Assembly: GCF_004010195.1 (NCBI RefSeq)
Contig: NC_057718.1
Span: 83,650,624-83,714,623, forward strand
Length of the DNA stretch: 64,000 bases
Direction of reading: 5' to 3'
Origin: Chiloscyllium plagiosum
Lineage: Eukaryota
In this document: piece by piece, positions 36,688 to 49,835 of the stretch
Layout of the letters: each line of letters starts with the position of its first letter
Numbering within the stretch: the first letter of the stretch is position 1
The notes under the pieces: model-generated
Database searches by the model: none
What the model saw: only the letters and a program-made list of their open reading frames with translations
What the model was told of the DNA's origin: nothing
Made by a program: the position numbers and the translations under genes

Positions 36688-38303
36688 CTGCGTTAAAAGA
36701 GAAACCTGACATCACTAAGCTTTAAAAACAATGTTTTAAGACAGAAAACATAAACCTGTTAAAAAATGATCTAAAATTAGTTGCAGCAAATCCAGTAACT
36801 GGTTCATTTCACACTTCGGATCAGCTTTTACCCTTGAAAACTTGCAATTTGCTGCAAATTTGTAGTCCCAGATTTAAAAAAAATTAACTATTCTCAAATC
36901 GTTTGCAATGATCAAATGTGTCCTTAACAGTGCTATCAAGCAACATTTCTGCTACACAAGTATTGTGCATCTCCAGAGAATCCAACCATTGTCTCTTGAC
37001 ATTCAATGGTATTATCATTACTGAATCCTGCCAACTCTTGTAGGCCATCAATGGCTTTAAACTTAATACAAAAACCATGGCTCCATGAGTAGGTGAAAAG
37101 CTCAGAATTCAGAGTGATAACTGACTAGCTTCCACCCCCTCTGAACAATCCAAGAAGCTTGACACTAATCAGAACAAAACAGCTGTCTTGATTGAAGCCC
37201 TCACCTAACATCTTCAACATTGCTTTCACTGCACATTCGTGCAGCAGTCCAAGTGTATGAATTACAAGATGCACTACAACATCTCATCAAGGCTGCATGT
37301 ACAGCAACTTCCAAACATGCAGATTCTACCAGCGAGAAGGACAAGGTCACCAGGTACGTGAGAACTACAAATTCTCCTCAGAGCCACACCACCTTGATTT
37401 GAAACTGTATGACCCTTCCTTGAACATTGCAGGATTAAAATTCTGGAATACCTTCCCAAACAGCACTCAGCAGAAGGCAGCTCACTACCAACTTCTCTAG
37501 GGCAATAGAGGGGTAATAAATACTGGCCCAGCCGTAAACATTTGCATACCTTGAATTAATTAAAAATAAATTTGTTCTTGTGTGAGTCTAAGCATAACGT
37601 TCAATTACCAGAGACTTAGTAGCATCTTCCAATCTTACTTTAAAGTGAGTGTCTGTTTGTCTGACCAACATCCATACCAAAACGTTATTGGTGATGTGAA
37701 TTAATTCTTACAGGAGTGAAGAAGTGTTGTTTGGGTTTCAGCAACTCCAGCCAATCTTATCAACTTTCCTAACTGATGACTTGACTCAGCTTATGAGAAC
37801 AAGTCAATATCCCTTGCTCTGCCTTTATACACGCTCAACTCGAGAACACGTGTGAAACAAAATGAACTGTGAAAAACTATAAAGTCAGTTTTAAACCTTT
37901 TGGTGAGCTTTAAACATGCAAGTGTTTCGAAGTATTCTGCAGTTGAATTGAAAAATAAATCTACATCAAACTAACATTTTTCAGACCTTTGGAATAAAGA
38001 TAACATGACAGTTTCTTCAAAAACATGCAGCCCTGCCTTCCAGAGAATCGACCAACACATAATTTACTTTCACACATGATATTTGGTTTCAGTGTTTTAA
38101 TACAACAGTATTACTGAATGATTAAACTTGGCAAGTCTTTTCAATTATATTTCATTAAGGAACAGGTTGAAGTGCAAGTTTCTCAGTCACAGGTAGTGAA
38201 GTGGAATTCCAACTAACCATAGGAAACTGCCAAAAGTTCTCCAAATAATAGCTACATCATCAAACTGAGTAGCAGAGTGAAATCTGAAGGCCTTCCACCA
38301 AAA

Positions 38304-38637
38304 GGGGCGGCATAGTGCCTCAGTGGTTAGCATTGCTACCTCACAATGCCAGGGATCTGGGTTCGATTCCAGGCTCAGGCGACTGTTTGTGTGAAGCTTG
38401 CACAGTTGCCCCATGTCCGCGTGGGTTTCCTCCCACAGTCCAAAGATGTGCAGCTTAGGTGAACTGGCCATGCTAAATTGCCCATAGTGTTCAGGGATGT
38501 GTAGGTTAGTTGCATTAGTCAGGGTAAATGTAGAGTTATAGGATAGGGGAATGAGTCTGGGTGGGTAACTCTTCGGAGGGACAGCGTGGACGTGTTGGGC
38601 TGAAGGGCCTGTTTCCACACTGTAGGGATTCTATGAT
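38304..38637 (+). mobile_element. tRNA-derived SINE (HE1/V-SINE-like), near full length
   Basis: A/B boxes, V-domain-like core and tail gggcctgtttccacactgtagggattctatga. Confidence 0.9.
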
Positions 38638-39019
38638 TTGAAGAAAAGGAGAGAATGAAATGTTGGAATGTGAGCTAACTCTTGTGCATCTCCTGTTGAT
38701 TTCATAACAGAATATCAGCAGAGGACTGAGAGCAAGTCTGCCTTCTCATTTGGGGAATAGCAATGGGACACTTCAAGACAAGAAAAAAAACAAAAAAACC
38801 CACCAGTTTAAACAAGGCAGTAAATTTAGCCTAATGAGGGGAGAGAATTAAATTTGGTGGGGTACAATAGGCAAAGCTGATTTGATTTCATTAGTTGTTT
38901 GCTAGGCAAGTTAAAATTATCCCCAGTTAAAATACTTTCTAACTCTCAAACAATTATACTTGGAATAAACTGAAAGCAAAGCCATCATTACAAACCTGAA
39001 ACCTTTCTACAGAGCTTAC

Positions 39020-39124
39020 CAAGGTGATTTACGCCGAACTGCATTTCAAATCCATCTTCTGTTTTCCAGTGAGGACATCTCATAATACCAGCATTGTTAA
39101 TTAACACATTTATATTCTCTTCCT
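39020..39124 (-). CDS. RDH13: RDH13 coding exon 4 (105 bp; not in the ORF track)
   Basis: Manual translation gives [34 protein letters not shown], with the SDR NNAG motif. tttag acceptor, GTAAG donor. Confidence 0.95.
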
Positions 39125-39259
39125 CTAAACAAAGAAAGAAAAACAAACCTTAGGAGTTTGGAATTTCAGGCAAAATTACCATTAGTGTATCTATTGAGGA
39201 CACACCAATTCTCGGCGAGCAGGGAAAGGGAGCAGGCAAGAAGCAGACAAGAGAATTGT

Positions 39260-39920
39260 TAAGAGATAAATGTTGAATGGTTCCTAACAGAAAACATTAA
39301 TTCAAAGTGGGTTGGCAACCCAAAAAGATGATCTGGGGTGTGGAGTTGGATATTAAACATGGACGAAGGTGATCACACTCTGAAATTTAAATGAGTCCAG
39401 AGGCACTCTTAGGTACCCAAGCAGAAGATGAGAAAGTGTTCCTGCAGCTTGTGCTGAGCTTCACAGCAGCACTGCAGCAGACCTGAGACAAACACTGTAT
39501 GGGTACAGAGTCTTTGATGTGTGGCAGATGATTGGAAGCTCAGGGTCATTGTTACATACCAAGTGGAGGTGCGCTGCAAAACGGTCACCCAATCTGCTTT
39601 TCATCTACCCAGTGTAGAGGGGGCCACATTGTGAGTAGCAAATATAGTCAACAAGACTGAATGAAGTGCAGGTAAATCACTGCTTCAGCAGGAAAGTATG
39701 CTGAGGACATTGAACAGTGAGAAAGGAGGTGGCAAATAGGTAAATGTTGTACCTTCTGCAATTCCTTCAGAAGTTACCAAGAGGGTGAGGGGAGGTGTTG
39801 GGGAGGGAGAAAGAATGATCCAGAGTGAACGCTCCCTGCAGAACGTTGACAAGGGAGGGGAGGGGAATGTATGTCCGAAATGGTACTACATGATCCTTTG
39901 GATGTGGAGGCTGGTAGGAT
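39260..39920 (-). mobile_element. Old PLE 3' fragment
   Basis: Degenerate YC..CGPLYTG (GIY-YIG) region, collinear with 28600-29250. Confidence 0.55.
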
Positions 39921-40030
39921 GGTAAGTGAGGATTTTGGAGGGGAGGGATCTTGTTAGAAAAAAAAGTTACCAGCAATCAATCAATATAAATTCTTACAAA
40001 TGGTTGATGGACATAATCAAATTTTTTTAC

Positions 40031-40186
40031 CTTCATTGACTTGTTTGGCAAACTCTCGAATTGATTTCAGCGATGCAAGGTTAAGAGGCTTTGCATATAC
40101 ATGATGATTCAGGGTTTCACCTCTAATTTCTCGAGCAGCTGTTTCACATTTCTCCATATCGCGACATGCCATTATAATTCTGCCAC
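40031..40186 (-). CDS. RDH13: RDH13 coding exon 3 (156 bp)
   Basis: GRIIMACRDMEKCETAAREIRGETLNHHVYAKPLNLASLKSIREFAKQVNE; AG/GT boundaries, phase 1-1. Confidence 0.95.
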
Positions 40187-42426
40187 CTACAAGGAGACAG
40201 AAAGAATTGCAAATAGCTTTCCAGCCCTTGTTCATTACTACAGATGAACCTCAATTATCTGAATGAAATGGGTGGGCACTGCTTCGTTCAGATAATTGAT
40301 TATTTGGTGAATTGATTCAATGCCCTTCCGCTGGGGCTCAGAGTTGTCTGTTAAGCCTACTTCCATTCAGGAGACTAGGCAGCAGCACACCACCCGTGAC
40401 TGCCCGCAACCCCCAATCCCATCCAACACAATGATCTGCCTGAAACTTGCTGATTTTAGTGCAAGGAGCTCTTTATCAACTGTTTCAAACTGGCACATTC
40501 CAAATGAAAGGATTACATTTTGACTGTTGCACTAAAGCTCAAGATACCCACTATTGAGACAGAAAGGAGAAAGCTAATTGTTTAAGGCTTTTCAGTGAGC
40601 CTAAGAATACAGAAACTGTCAGCCCTTTGATTAAGCACCTTACAAATAACATTATAAACAAGATTACAAAGGGTATACATTGTAAAAGATTATTGATAAT
40701 GTTTTCAGGCAGATAATAATGTAACTTGCAGATACAGGAAAACTTCATGACTTCAGCAGTTACTATTATTACCAATTCCATTTGTGCATTATCGTGCCTA
40801 ACATGGAATGCATTTTGTGAATATTACAAGCATATTGATTGGAACATGCTGTTGGGGGCAACTTGAATATTACTGTAAATTCAGCAAGGTTCAAGTTGGA
40901 ATAATTGTGTTTTTTTAAACAAATTTTATGCATAAAATATATCTTTCTGAAAAAATGTGCAGAGTGTAGACGGTTATAGATAGAATATAGAAAGAGTAGG
41001 CAATTTAGTTCTTTGAGCCTGCTCTGCCATTCAATATGATCATAGGCGATCATCCAACACTGTAGCCTGTTTCCACTTTGTCCCCAAACCCATTATATTT
41101 TCTAATCAATCTGTGCAAAGATATTGTTATACATCTCTGGAGCAGGTAGGACTTGAACCTAGGTCTCCTGACTCAGAGGTATGGGCACTACTATTGCCAC
41201 ATAGACCCTCTTCCCTCTAACCATTAGGAGGCACTATGTTGACACACAGCCGAGACTCAAGGCTACCTTGATTGAAGTTCCCATGGTTAAGATAAGCTAA
41301 TTTGGTCACATTTCTGGTTTTTGTCATTTAATGCTATGCTAGACAATTCCCAGGCCTACAAAGCAGTCAGGGGAGCATACACAAGTAAGCAGTAAAAAAA
41401 ATTTCATTCTACTTCAAAGCAGCCTGCAATTCCCTTGCGAAAAACGCAAGAAATCCGCTCGCAGGCTGATACCATTTGATTCATCACTAGGTGGAGCAGC
41501 TTAGCAACCACAGCCGGTGTGCTTGATGATCTTTCCTCATTCAGCAGACCAACATACGTTCAATCTAGCACAGCAAACTAATTACATCACGCCAGTAATA
41601 TAATAAAAAAAATCCTCTCACGAGAGCATAATAAAACAAAACAAACTGAACAGTCAAAGATGAAATTAAACCATATAATCAAAGGAAAGAACTAGGCTTT
41701 AAAGGAATGTCTTAAAATGATTGAGTTATAGGAAGGGTATTCCAAAGCTTGGGGCCTGAACAGCAGAGTGCAGAGCTGATGGTATAATTAAGATCAGAAT
41801 GCTCATGAGGCCAAAATTAGATGAGCATCAGAATCTTGGAAGGTTGTGGAGCGAGACGAGTTTATAGTTATAGGTTGGAATGAGCTCTGGGAGCAATTTG
41901 GAAGCAAGAATGGGAACTTTAGAATCAGCAAGCAGATCAATGTGACCAACTATGATTTTCCATGAAGGAAATGGGCAAAGTTCTGGGCGACCTCAAGTTT
42001 ATGGATAGAATGCGGGCGATCAACAAGATGTGCATTGGAGTAGTGAAGTCTCGAGGTAACAAGGCACGCATGAGGTTTTCAACAGCTGTTTAGTTGAAAA
42101 AGAGAAGTTGGGCAATGTTAGTGGAGGAAATGGGCACTGGTGGTCAGAAGTCCATTTTGGGCTCAAATATTATACCAAGGTGAAACCATTTAGTCTTAAA
42201 CAGTTGCCAGGTTGAGGGATGAAGGCTGAAGCTGGGGAGCAGAAGTTGAAGTGTGGAAATTGAAAAATTATTTTTCTCCTTGTTCTTTACAAGTTTTGTC
42301 GTGTAGTATTCCTTGATTGCGGGGGAGAAACTGCAGGGATCGTGTTGTGAGTCGGTGGAGTTGCTGGAGACCATCGCTGGATTGTGATTGGACGTTGGAG
42401 GATCATTTGGTTGTGCTGACCTGCTC

Positions 42427-43444
42427 TTTTTTTTATTTCAAAAATATACTTTATTCATAAAATAATTTGATGGTCTGTACAGTTGGTCATGCCATACATA
42501 TGTAAACATGTACATACAGAGATCAGAATTTATCATTTTTATACACGTCTGTACATTTTTCAATCATATGCCCATATGATTAGCTGAGGCGTCAGCAGAG
42601 CCCAAATGACTGCATGGACCCCCTGTTCTTCATTAGGCAGGCAGACTTTACACAGTAGTCTTTCCCCACCGCGCCTTGGCNNNNNNNNNNNNNNNNNNNN
42701 NNNNNNNNNNNNNNNNNNNNNNNNNNNNNNNNNNNNNNNNNNNNNNNNNNNNNNNNNNNNNNNNNNNNNNNTCCTCCAGGCGCAGTTGATGTTCGTCTCG
42801 GTGTGCATCCCGTGGAACAGGCCGTAGAGCACGGAGTCCCGCGGGGCGTGCATAAAGGATCTCACAGGCAGAACTCTTCTCACCACCAGCCAAGCCATGT
42901 CTTGGTGCTTGTTGGAAAGTTCTGGCGATGAGGCATTCTGCCAAATGTCTTTGACAGTCTGCTCAGGGAACCGCTCAACAGGATCTGCCCTCTCCTTTTC
43001 CCGAAGGGTCTCAAGGACACTACGTGCTGACCACTTCCTGATGGACTTGTGGTCAAAGGTGTTTTTCTTCATAAACTTCTCCACGAAGGACAGGTGATAC
43101 GGAACGGTCCAACGACTCGGAGCGTTCCGCGGCAGTGAGGCCAGGCCCATCCTTCGCAACACCAGGGACAGGTAGAACCTCAGTACGTAGAGACACTTGG
43201 TGTTTGCGTACCGGGGATCCACACACAGCTTGATACAGCCACACACAAAGATTACCTTTGACAGAATTTTGTAATCTGCATTCAACAGTGAGATTGGTCT
43301 CCAATTTTTGAGTTCCTCCCTCTCCCCCTTCCGCTTGTAGAGGAGGGTGATGATGCCTTTCCTCATGGATTCACTCATGGTACCTGCCCGAAGCATACTG
43401 ACATACACCTCCAGCAGGTCCTGGCCAACCAAGTCCCACAGAGC
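42427..43444 (-). mobile_element. Tx1 LINE 3' portion with internal deletions (contains an assembly gap)
   Basis: Poly(A) and AATAAA at 42427-42460 on the minus strand; near-identical to parts of 47180-49374. N run at 42681-42771. Confidence 0.9.
42681..42771. other. Assembly gap (N run)
   Basis: Run of N characters. Confidence 0.99.
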
Positions 43445-44455
43445 GGTACAAGACCTGCCCAAGACAGGGGGGCCCCACTTACGCACAGATGGCTGGAGGT
43501 GGCAATGCGAGCCGTGGACACCCAAAGACCAGTAATGTGCACCCAGACAGCAGGGAAACAGAGTCTGGTGGCACCCAGAAAGAAGTACAGGCTGGAGTGG
43601 AGGAGGTGGCAACCAGCGGAGAGACACAGCAGCTGATCCTAGCTCTAGCTGGGCAGATGGAAGCAATGGAGGAGAAGGTAATCGAGCAGGCAGTGGAGTG
43701 GATACCTGTTAAAAACAGGAAGAGAAAATACGGCCAGGCCCCCAGAGCCTCCCAGCAAAGGGGGAAAAGACAGCTGCACGAGGGAGGGATGGCCAGCTCT
43801 CTGGATGGGGAAGACGGGTGCACAGAATGTCATCACCACCAGAAGAAGAGACAGAGCGCCGTAGATAAAGAGGAGGGCATTTCCTCCCAACCAGGAAACA
43901 ACGGACCCCCGAAGTCCACCCTCCACCCAGTGAGAACCAGGGGATAACCACTGCCCCACAACTACAGACAACTGAGAGCTGCGATCCTCTGACAGTCCCA
44001 TTGTCAGACACAGTACTAGACGGTGCGGACCCTTGCCTTGGCTCAATGACTCCAGAGCAGGTAAATGACCACAGTGAGAGCCTGGATAGCTACCTCAGCC
44101 CAGCGAGGGTCCAGCAGTTCGTGCTCACCATGGGGATGCAGACAGCTTCCCCAGAGACAGGACAGTCAAATGGACAACGGTAACCCCATAAACAGGGATT
44201 AAAAAAGGTTCATTTGCTATAGTATAACAGGGCACCCACTCAGTAGGTGGGTTCTGCTGAAGCCACAGCTAAATAATAAGAGACTGGATGGTTAATAAAG
44301 GGAACTGTAAATAGGATAACTGTAAATTTGAGTAATTCAATCTGTTCTTTGTAATGTTAAGACATGCAATGTATATATCTGTGAACAACATGACAAATTA
44401 TACAAGTACCAAAGATTTATTTCTATGAATAAAGTATATTTTGAAATAAAAGAAA
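43445..44455 (+). mobile_element. Tx1-related fragment: ORF1 3' half followed directly by 3' UTR and A-tail, no ORF2
   Basis: 43445-44183 is homologous to 45006-45773 (…DSYLSPARVQQFVLTMGMQTA…*). About 270 bp later it ends in atgaataaagtatattttgaaataaaag. Confidence 0.72.
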
Positions 44456-44459
44456 GGAA

Positions 44460-45773
44460 GTGTACTGCCTGCAGGATTTTCCTGCGGCAGGCTATTTCGA
44501 CGTGACCTTCAGGAGTGTGAAGAATTGCGAGCAGCTCCTGAAGGTCTTCAAGAAGGAAGGGGAACCTCTGTTCTCCATCTTGTCGGCGGTCCCGTTGTGT
44601 GTGCTTCCTGCGCAGAGGAGTCGGGTTGTAACAATCCATTTGTACAACCCCCACGTCCCAGCAGATGTCCTGACCTTCCTGAGAAGATACGTCCAGGTCA
44701 AGGGAGAGAGTACCAATGTGGTCGATCCTTTTGGGATCTGGACCAGCAAACGACAGGTCAGGGTAACCCTGACGGTCGATGCCAGTGGAAGATCCTCCAC
44801 CCACCCTCCAGCTTTGCCATCGGAAGAAGCAGAGGTTACCTGACGTACGCAGGGCAGCCGAAAGTGTGCCGAACCTGCGGGAGGTCAGGCCACATGGCGG
44901 CTGATTGTAAGGTGACCGTCTGCCGAAACTGCAAGCAGGAAGGCCACCTGACCAAGAAATGTAAGGAGGCCAAGATCTGTAATCTGTGCGGCGAGGCGGG
45001 CCACATGTACAAGGCCTGCTCAAGACGAGGGGCCGCCACCTACGCACAGATAGCGGGAGGTGGCAACACGAGCTGTGGACCGCCTAAGACCAGCAAGGTA
45101 CCACCAAACAGCACTGGAACGGTGTCTGAAGGCACCCAGAAGGAAGGGTAGGCTGTAGCGGAGCAGACAGCAGACAGCGGGGAGATGCAGCAGCTGATCC
45201 AAGTTTCTTCAAGACAGACGGAGGTATTGGAAGAGGAGGGATCAAGGAGGCAGAGGATTGGATTACTGTCAAAAGCAGGAAGAGGAAACCTCTCAAGGGC
45301 CCCAAAGCCACCCAGCGAAGGGGGAAGGGACACCTACACGACGTGGATACAGGCAGCTCTTCCGACGGTGAGGACGGGCGGAAGGAGGGTCATCACCAGA
45401 GGAAGAGACAGAGCGCCGTGGGGAAAAGGAAGGCAGCACCGCCCAAGCAGGAAAAGACGATCCCTCTGAGGGGATGGGTAAAGGCCTCCCCCCATCCATT
45501 GAGAACCAAGAGGTACCCACCGGCCCACAGCTCCAGTTAACTGGGAGCAGCGGTCCTGTGACAGGCCCGCTGTCAGATGGAGACCTGGACAGTGCAGATC
45601 CTGGGTCTGACCCGAAGACACCGGAGTGGGGAAATGGCTCCAGCGTGGAGCCGGACAGCTACCTCAGCCCTGGGAGGGTCCAGCAGTTTGCCGTCACCAC
45701 GGGGATGCACACAGCTACCCCAGAGGGGCAAGACCAGCAGCAAATGGACAGTGTTAACCTTGTAAACTGTTAA
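44460..45773 (+). pseudogene. Tx1 ORF1 (gag-like, ZCCHC3-related zinc-knuckle protein), frameshifted
   Basis: YCLQDFPAAGYFDVTF.., CRTCGRSGHMAADC, CRNCKQEGHLTKKC and CNLCGEAGHMYKAC; split over several frames; TAA at 45771-45773. Confidence 0.88.
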
Positions 45774-45774
45774 A

Positions 45775-48700
45775 ATGGGGATAAGAGTTGCCAGCATCAA
45801 TGTGCGTAGCATCAAATCGGCTACGTGACGTGCTTCGACGATGGCCTTCCTGGCCAACGTTAAAGCCGACGTCCTGTTCCTGCAGGAGTGTGGGATACCG
45901 CACCTCAGCAGCTACAGGAGATGGTCGCGCTTGTGGGCCCATGGGCTGTAAGTTTGGTCGGGGGGCAACGATAGCTGCGCCTCCGGCCTGGGTATACTGT
46001 TGCGAGGAGGCAACTTCACCATCTCCGAGGTGAAGGAGGTGGTGGGCGGGCGGGCGCCTCATCGTCACCGACGTCATGTTCAGGAATGGTCCCCTGAGAC
46101 TGATTAATGTGTACGCCCCAGTGGGTAAGAGTGAACGGTTGGCCGTCCTGCAGCAGCTTCCACTGTTGCTGGCTACGTCCAGGCCGGTCATTCTGGCCGG
46201 AGACTTCAACTGTATCATTGATCCGGGGGGGGAGGAGACAGTAAACTGGACACCACGTCCAGAGCCCTGATGGACATGGTAAAAGATGCCAAGCTGTACG
46301 ACGTCTTCAGCACCCCTGCAGACGGAGCGCAGCGTAGATACACCTGGTCACAGGCAGACGGGTCTATCCGCTCAAGGATAAATTACCTGTGTTTGTGTCC
46401 CGAACACTCTCGGCCAGATCCACCGACGTCAAGCCGGTGTTCTTCTCTGACCACTGCCTCCTGCTGGCTGACTGTCACCCATAGGACAAGCAGCGGTCTG
46501 GTAAGGGAACACAGAAGCTGAACACAAAGCTGTTGACCCTGGGAAACATTGAGGAGCTCAAGAGGGACTACGCAGGTTGGAGAACCGTGAAGCCCCTCTT
46601 TGAGTCCCCAGCGGACTGGTGGGAAACAGTAAAAGGGAACATCAAGAGGTTCTTCATCCTCAAAGGTGTTCAGGAGGCGAGAGAGAGGTGGGGAAAACTG
46701 TCCCAGCTCCAGGAAAGTATGCAGAACCTGCTCCTGCTGCAGACGATGGGGGTCGATGTCACGGAGGACCTCAAGGAGGTGAAGGGCCAGCAAGCCTCGC
46801 TGTTTGCCTCGGAGGCCTCCAAGATAATCTTCCGGTCCGTGGTCCGCTTGGTGGAGCAGGACGAGACGTGCTCACATTTCTTCTTCCAGAAGGTGCACAA
46901 AGAGAGCTCCGTGCTCAGCAGCCTGAAGGAAGAAGATTGCTCGATAAAGTCATCTCAGGCTGACGTCATGAGGATCAGCAAATCCTTCTGTGTCAGTCTG
47001 TATGACGCGAAGCCGACTGTCAGCGTCCCAGTCGTTCCTGTCCTACCACGGAGGTCTTAGACGACAGAACATGCGAGAGGCTGGACCAGCCGCTATCTCT
47101 GGACGAGCTGACCAAGGTCCTCGAGTCCTTCGAAAAGAATAAAACTCCCGGAAGCGACGGCTTACCGGTCGAGCTCTATTCCACTCTGTGGGACTTGATT
47201 AGCCAGGACCTGCTGGAGGTGTATGTCAGTATGCTTCGGGCAGGTACCATGAGTGAATCCATGAGGAAAGGCATCATCACCCTCATCTACAAACGGAAGG
47301 GGGAGAGGGAGGCACTCAGAAATTGGAGACCAATCTCACTGTTGAATGCGGATTACAAAATTCTGTCAAAGGTAATCGCCAACCGGGTCAGGTCTGTTCT
47401 GGGGTCGGTGATTCACCCTGACCAAACCTGTGCTGTGCCGGGCAGGAAGATCGCTGAGAGTCTCGCACTCCTCAGGGATACGATCGCCTAAGTACAGCTG
47501 CCTACGTGCAGGACACAGGATTGGACATCTGCCTGATCAGCCTGGACCAGGAGAAAGCGTTTGACAGGATATCACACAGGTATATGAGAGATGTTCTCTC
47601 CAAAATGGGCTTTGGGGAGGGAATCTGCAATTGGATCAGACTGCTCTACACCAACATTGTCAGTGCAGTCTCAATCAATGGGTGGGAATCAGATAGCTTC
47701 CCAGTCAGATCTGGTGTCAGGCAGGGCTGCCCTCTCTCTCCTGCCTTGTTTGTGTGTTGCATAGAGCCATTTGCCGAGTTCATCAGGAAGGATGCGAGCC
47801 TGAGAGGGGTGACTATTCCTGGCAGCGGGTGCCTGCGGGTTGAGGCCTCCCTGTACATGGATGACATCGCCGTGTTCTGCTCGGATCCGCTGTCCGTGCG
47901 CAGACTCATGTGCATATGTGACTAGTTTGAATGGGCCTCGGGGGCCAAGGTAAACCGAGGCAAGAGCGAGGCCATGCTCTTCGGGAACTGGGCCGACCAA
48001 TTCTCGATCCCCTTCACCGTCAGGACCAACCATCTGAAGGTGCTGTGTATTTGGTTCGGGGTGTCTGGGGCGTGCGCCAAGTCTTGGGAGGAGCGTATCA
48101 GCAAAGTGAGGCAGAAACTGGGCAGATGGACGCTACGGTCGCTCTTCATCGCGGGCAAAAACCTGGTCATCAGGTGTGAGGCACTGTCATTGCTATTATA
48201 CGTGGCACAGGTCTGGCCTATTCCCAGAACCTGTGCCGCTGCAGTCACCCGGGCCATCTTCCAGTTCATATGGAGGTCAAAGATGACCGGGTCCGAAGGG
48301 ACTTGCTGTGCAAAGATCTGGGCAACGGGGGAAAAAAAAATACACCCAATGCCACCCTCACCCTGATGGCCACCTTTGTGTGTGCGTGAATCCCCGGTAT
48401 GCAAACACCAAGTGTCACTACGTACTGAGGTTCTACCTGTCCCCGCTGTTGCGAAGGATGGGCCTGGCCTCGCTGCCGCGGAACGCTCCGAGTCGTTGGA
48501 CCATTCCGTATCGCCTGTCCTTCGTGGAGAAGTTTAACAAAAACACCTTTGACCACAAGTCCGTCAGGAAGTGGTCAGCACGTAGTGTCCTTGAGACCCT
48601 TCGGGAAAAGGAGAGGGTGGATCCTATCGAGCGGTTCCCTGAGCAGACTATCAAAGCCATTTGGCAGAATGCCTCATCGCCAGAACTTTCCAACAAGCAC

Positions 48701-49162
48701 CAAGACATGGCTTGGCTGGTGGTGAGAAGGGCTCTGCCTGTGAGATCCTTAATGCACGCCCGGACTCTCAGCCGCAACGCACGCTGCCCTCGAAGTGGCT
48801 GCGGGGGGGTCGAGACTGTCACACACCTCCTTCTGGAATGTGCCCACGCAGAAGTCTGGAGAGGAATGCAGTGGTGTTTGTCGAGGTTTGTCCCGAGCAG
48901 TGCCGAGACGTGGGACTCCGTGCTCTACCGCCTGTTCCCCAGGACGCACACTGAGACGAACATCAACTGTGCCTGGAGGATCATCACCTCGGTGAAGGAT
49001 GCTCTCTGGGCGGTCCGAAACCTGTTGATCTTCCAGCTGAAGGAGTTGACCCCGACTGAGTGTTGCAGACTGGCACATTCCAAGGTCCAGGACTACATGT
49101 TGAGGGACGCGCTGAAGCTTGGGGCAACTGCCGCCAAGGCGCGGTGGGGAAAGACCGTGTAA
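45775..49162 (+). pseudogene. Tx1 ORF2 (APE endonuclease, reverse transcriptase, C-terminal Zn finger), disrupted
   Basis: MGIRVASINVR, LFLQE, LINVYAP, ILAGDFNC, SDH, NWRPISLLN, LDQEKAFD, GVRQGCPLSP, YMDD and CPRSGC..ETVTHLLLEC; several stops and frameshifts. Confidence 0.92.
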
Positions 49163-49835
49163 CATCTGCCTGCTTAAAGAAGAACAGGGGGCTCGCGCAG
49201 TCATTTGGGCTCTGCTGATGCCCAAGCTAAAAATGTAATCGTACAGACCTGTAAATAGGAATGATTACTCTGTTTCGGTATGCAAACAAATGGAATGTTT
49301 ACACATGTATGGCATGTCCAACTGTACAGACCAAAGTATTTTATGAATAAAGTATATTTTTGAAATAAAAAAAAGTTCAGTCAAAATACCAGTCTATGAA
49401 GCTTCACAGCTGACCAGGTATTTGTGTCTGCAAGAGTAATTCAATTGTTATTTTTGAAATTATTCTTTGTTCAAACACCAATTTACCCGAAAAAGAGATC
49501 TTCTCAGGTCTATTAAGTTTCATAGGCTATTCTGAAAATTCAAAATTACTAGTTAATAGCCTGGGGGTCAAAATTGATTAATCCATGCACTCTCATTTCC
49601 ATCGAATACCTGAAATCTTATTGCACATCTCGCAGAATGGACAGCTGTGAATTGTAGCCTTGAAATTAATACCTTCCATGAAATAAGAATTAGAAATTAA
49701 AAAGTAAAGAAGTGCAGTAAAGAAATCCAACCCCCTGAACATGTATTGTAATTTTTACAATGGCAGATATTGAGTCCTACAAGTACCTTGCTATGGCGTG
49801 GTGGGACTTTTATTAACATTGTTAAATTGAACACC

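Larger units (their letters stand above)
44458..49374 (+). mobile_element. Near-full-length L1/Tx1-clade non-LTR retrotransposon (5'-truncated in ORF1)
   Basis: ORF1 with three CCHC knuckles; ORF2 with APE, RT and a C-terminal Zn motif; AATAAA and A-tail. Confidence 0.95.

Noticed and set aside
42560..43666. 368-aa ORF, the longest in the track
   Set aside because: A chimera of antisense ORF1 sequence and internally deleted Tx1 ORF2 pieces that reads through an N gap; not a gene.
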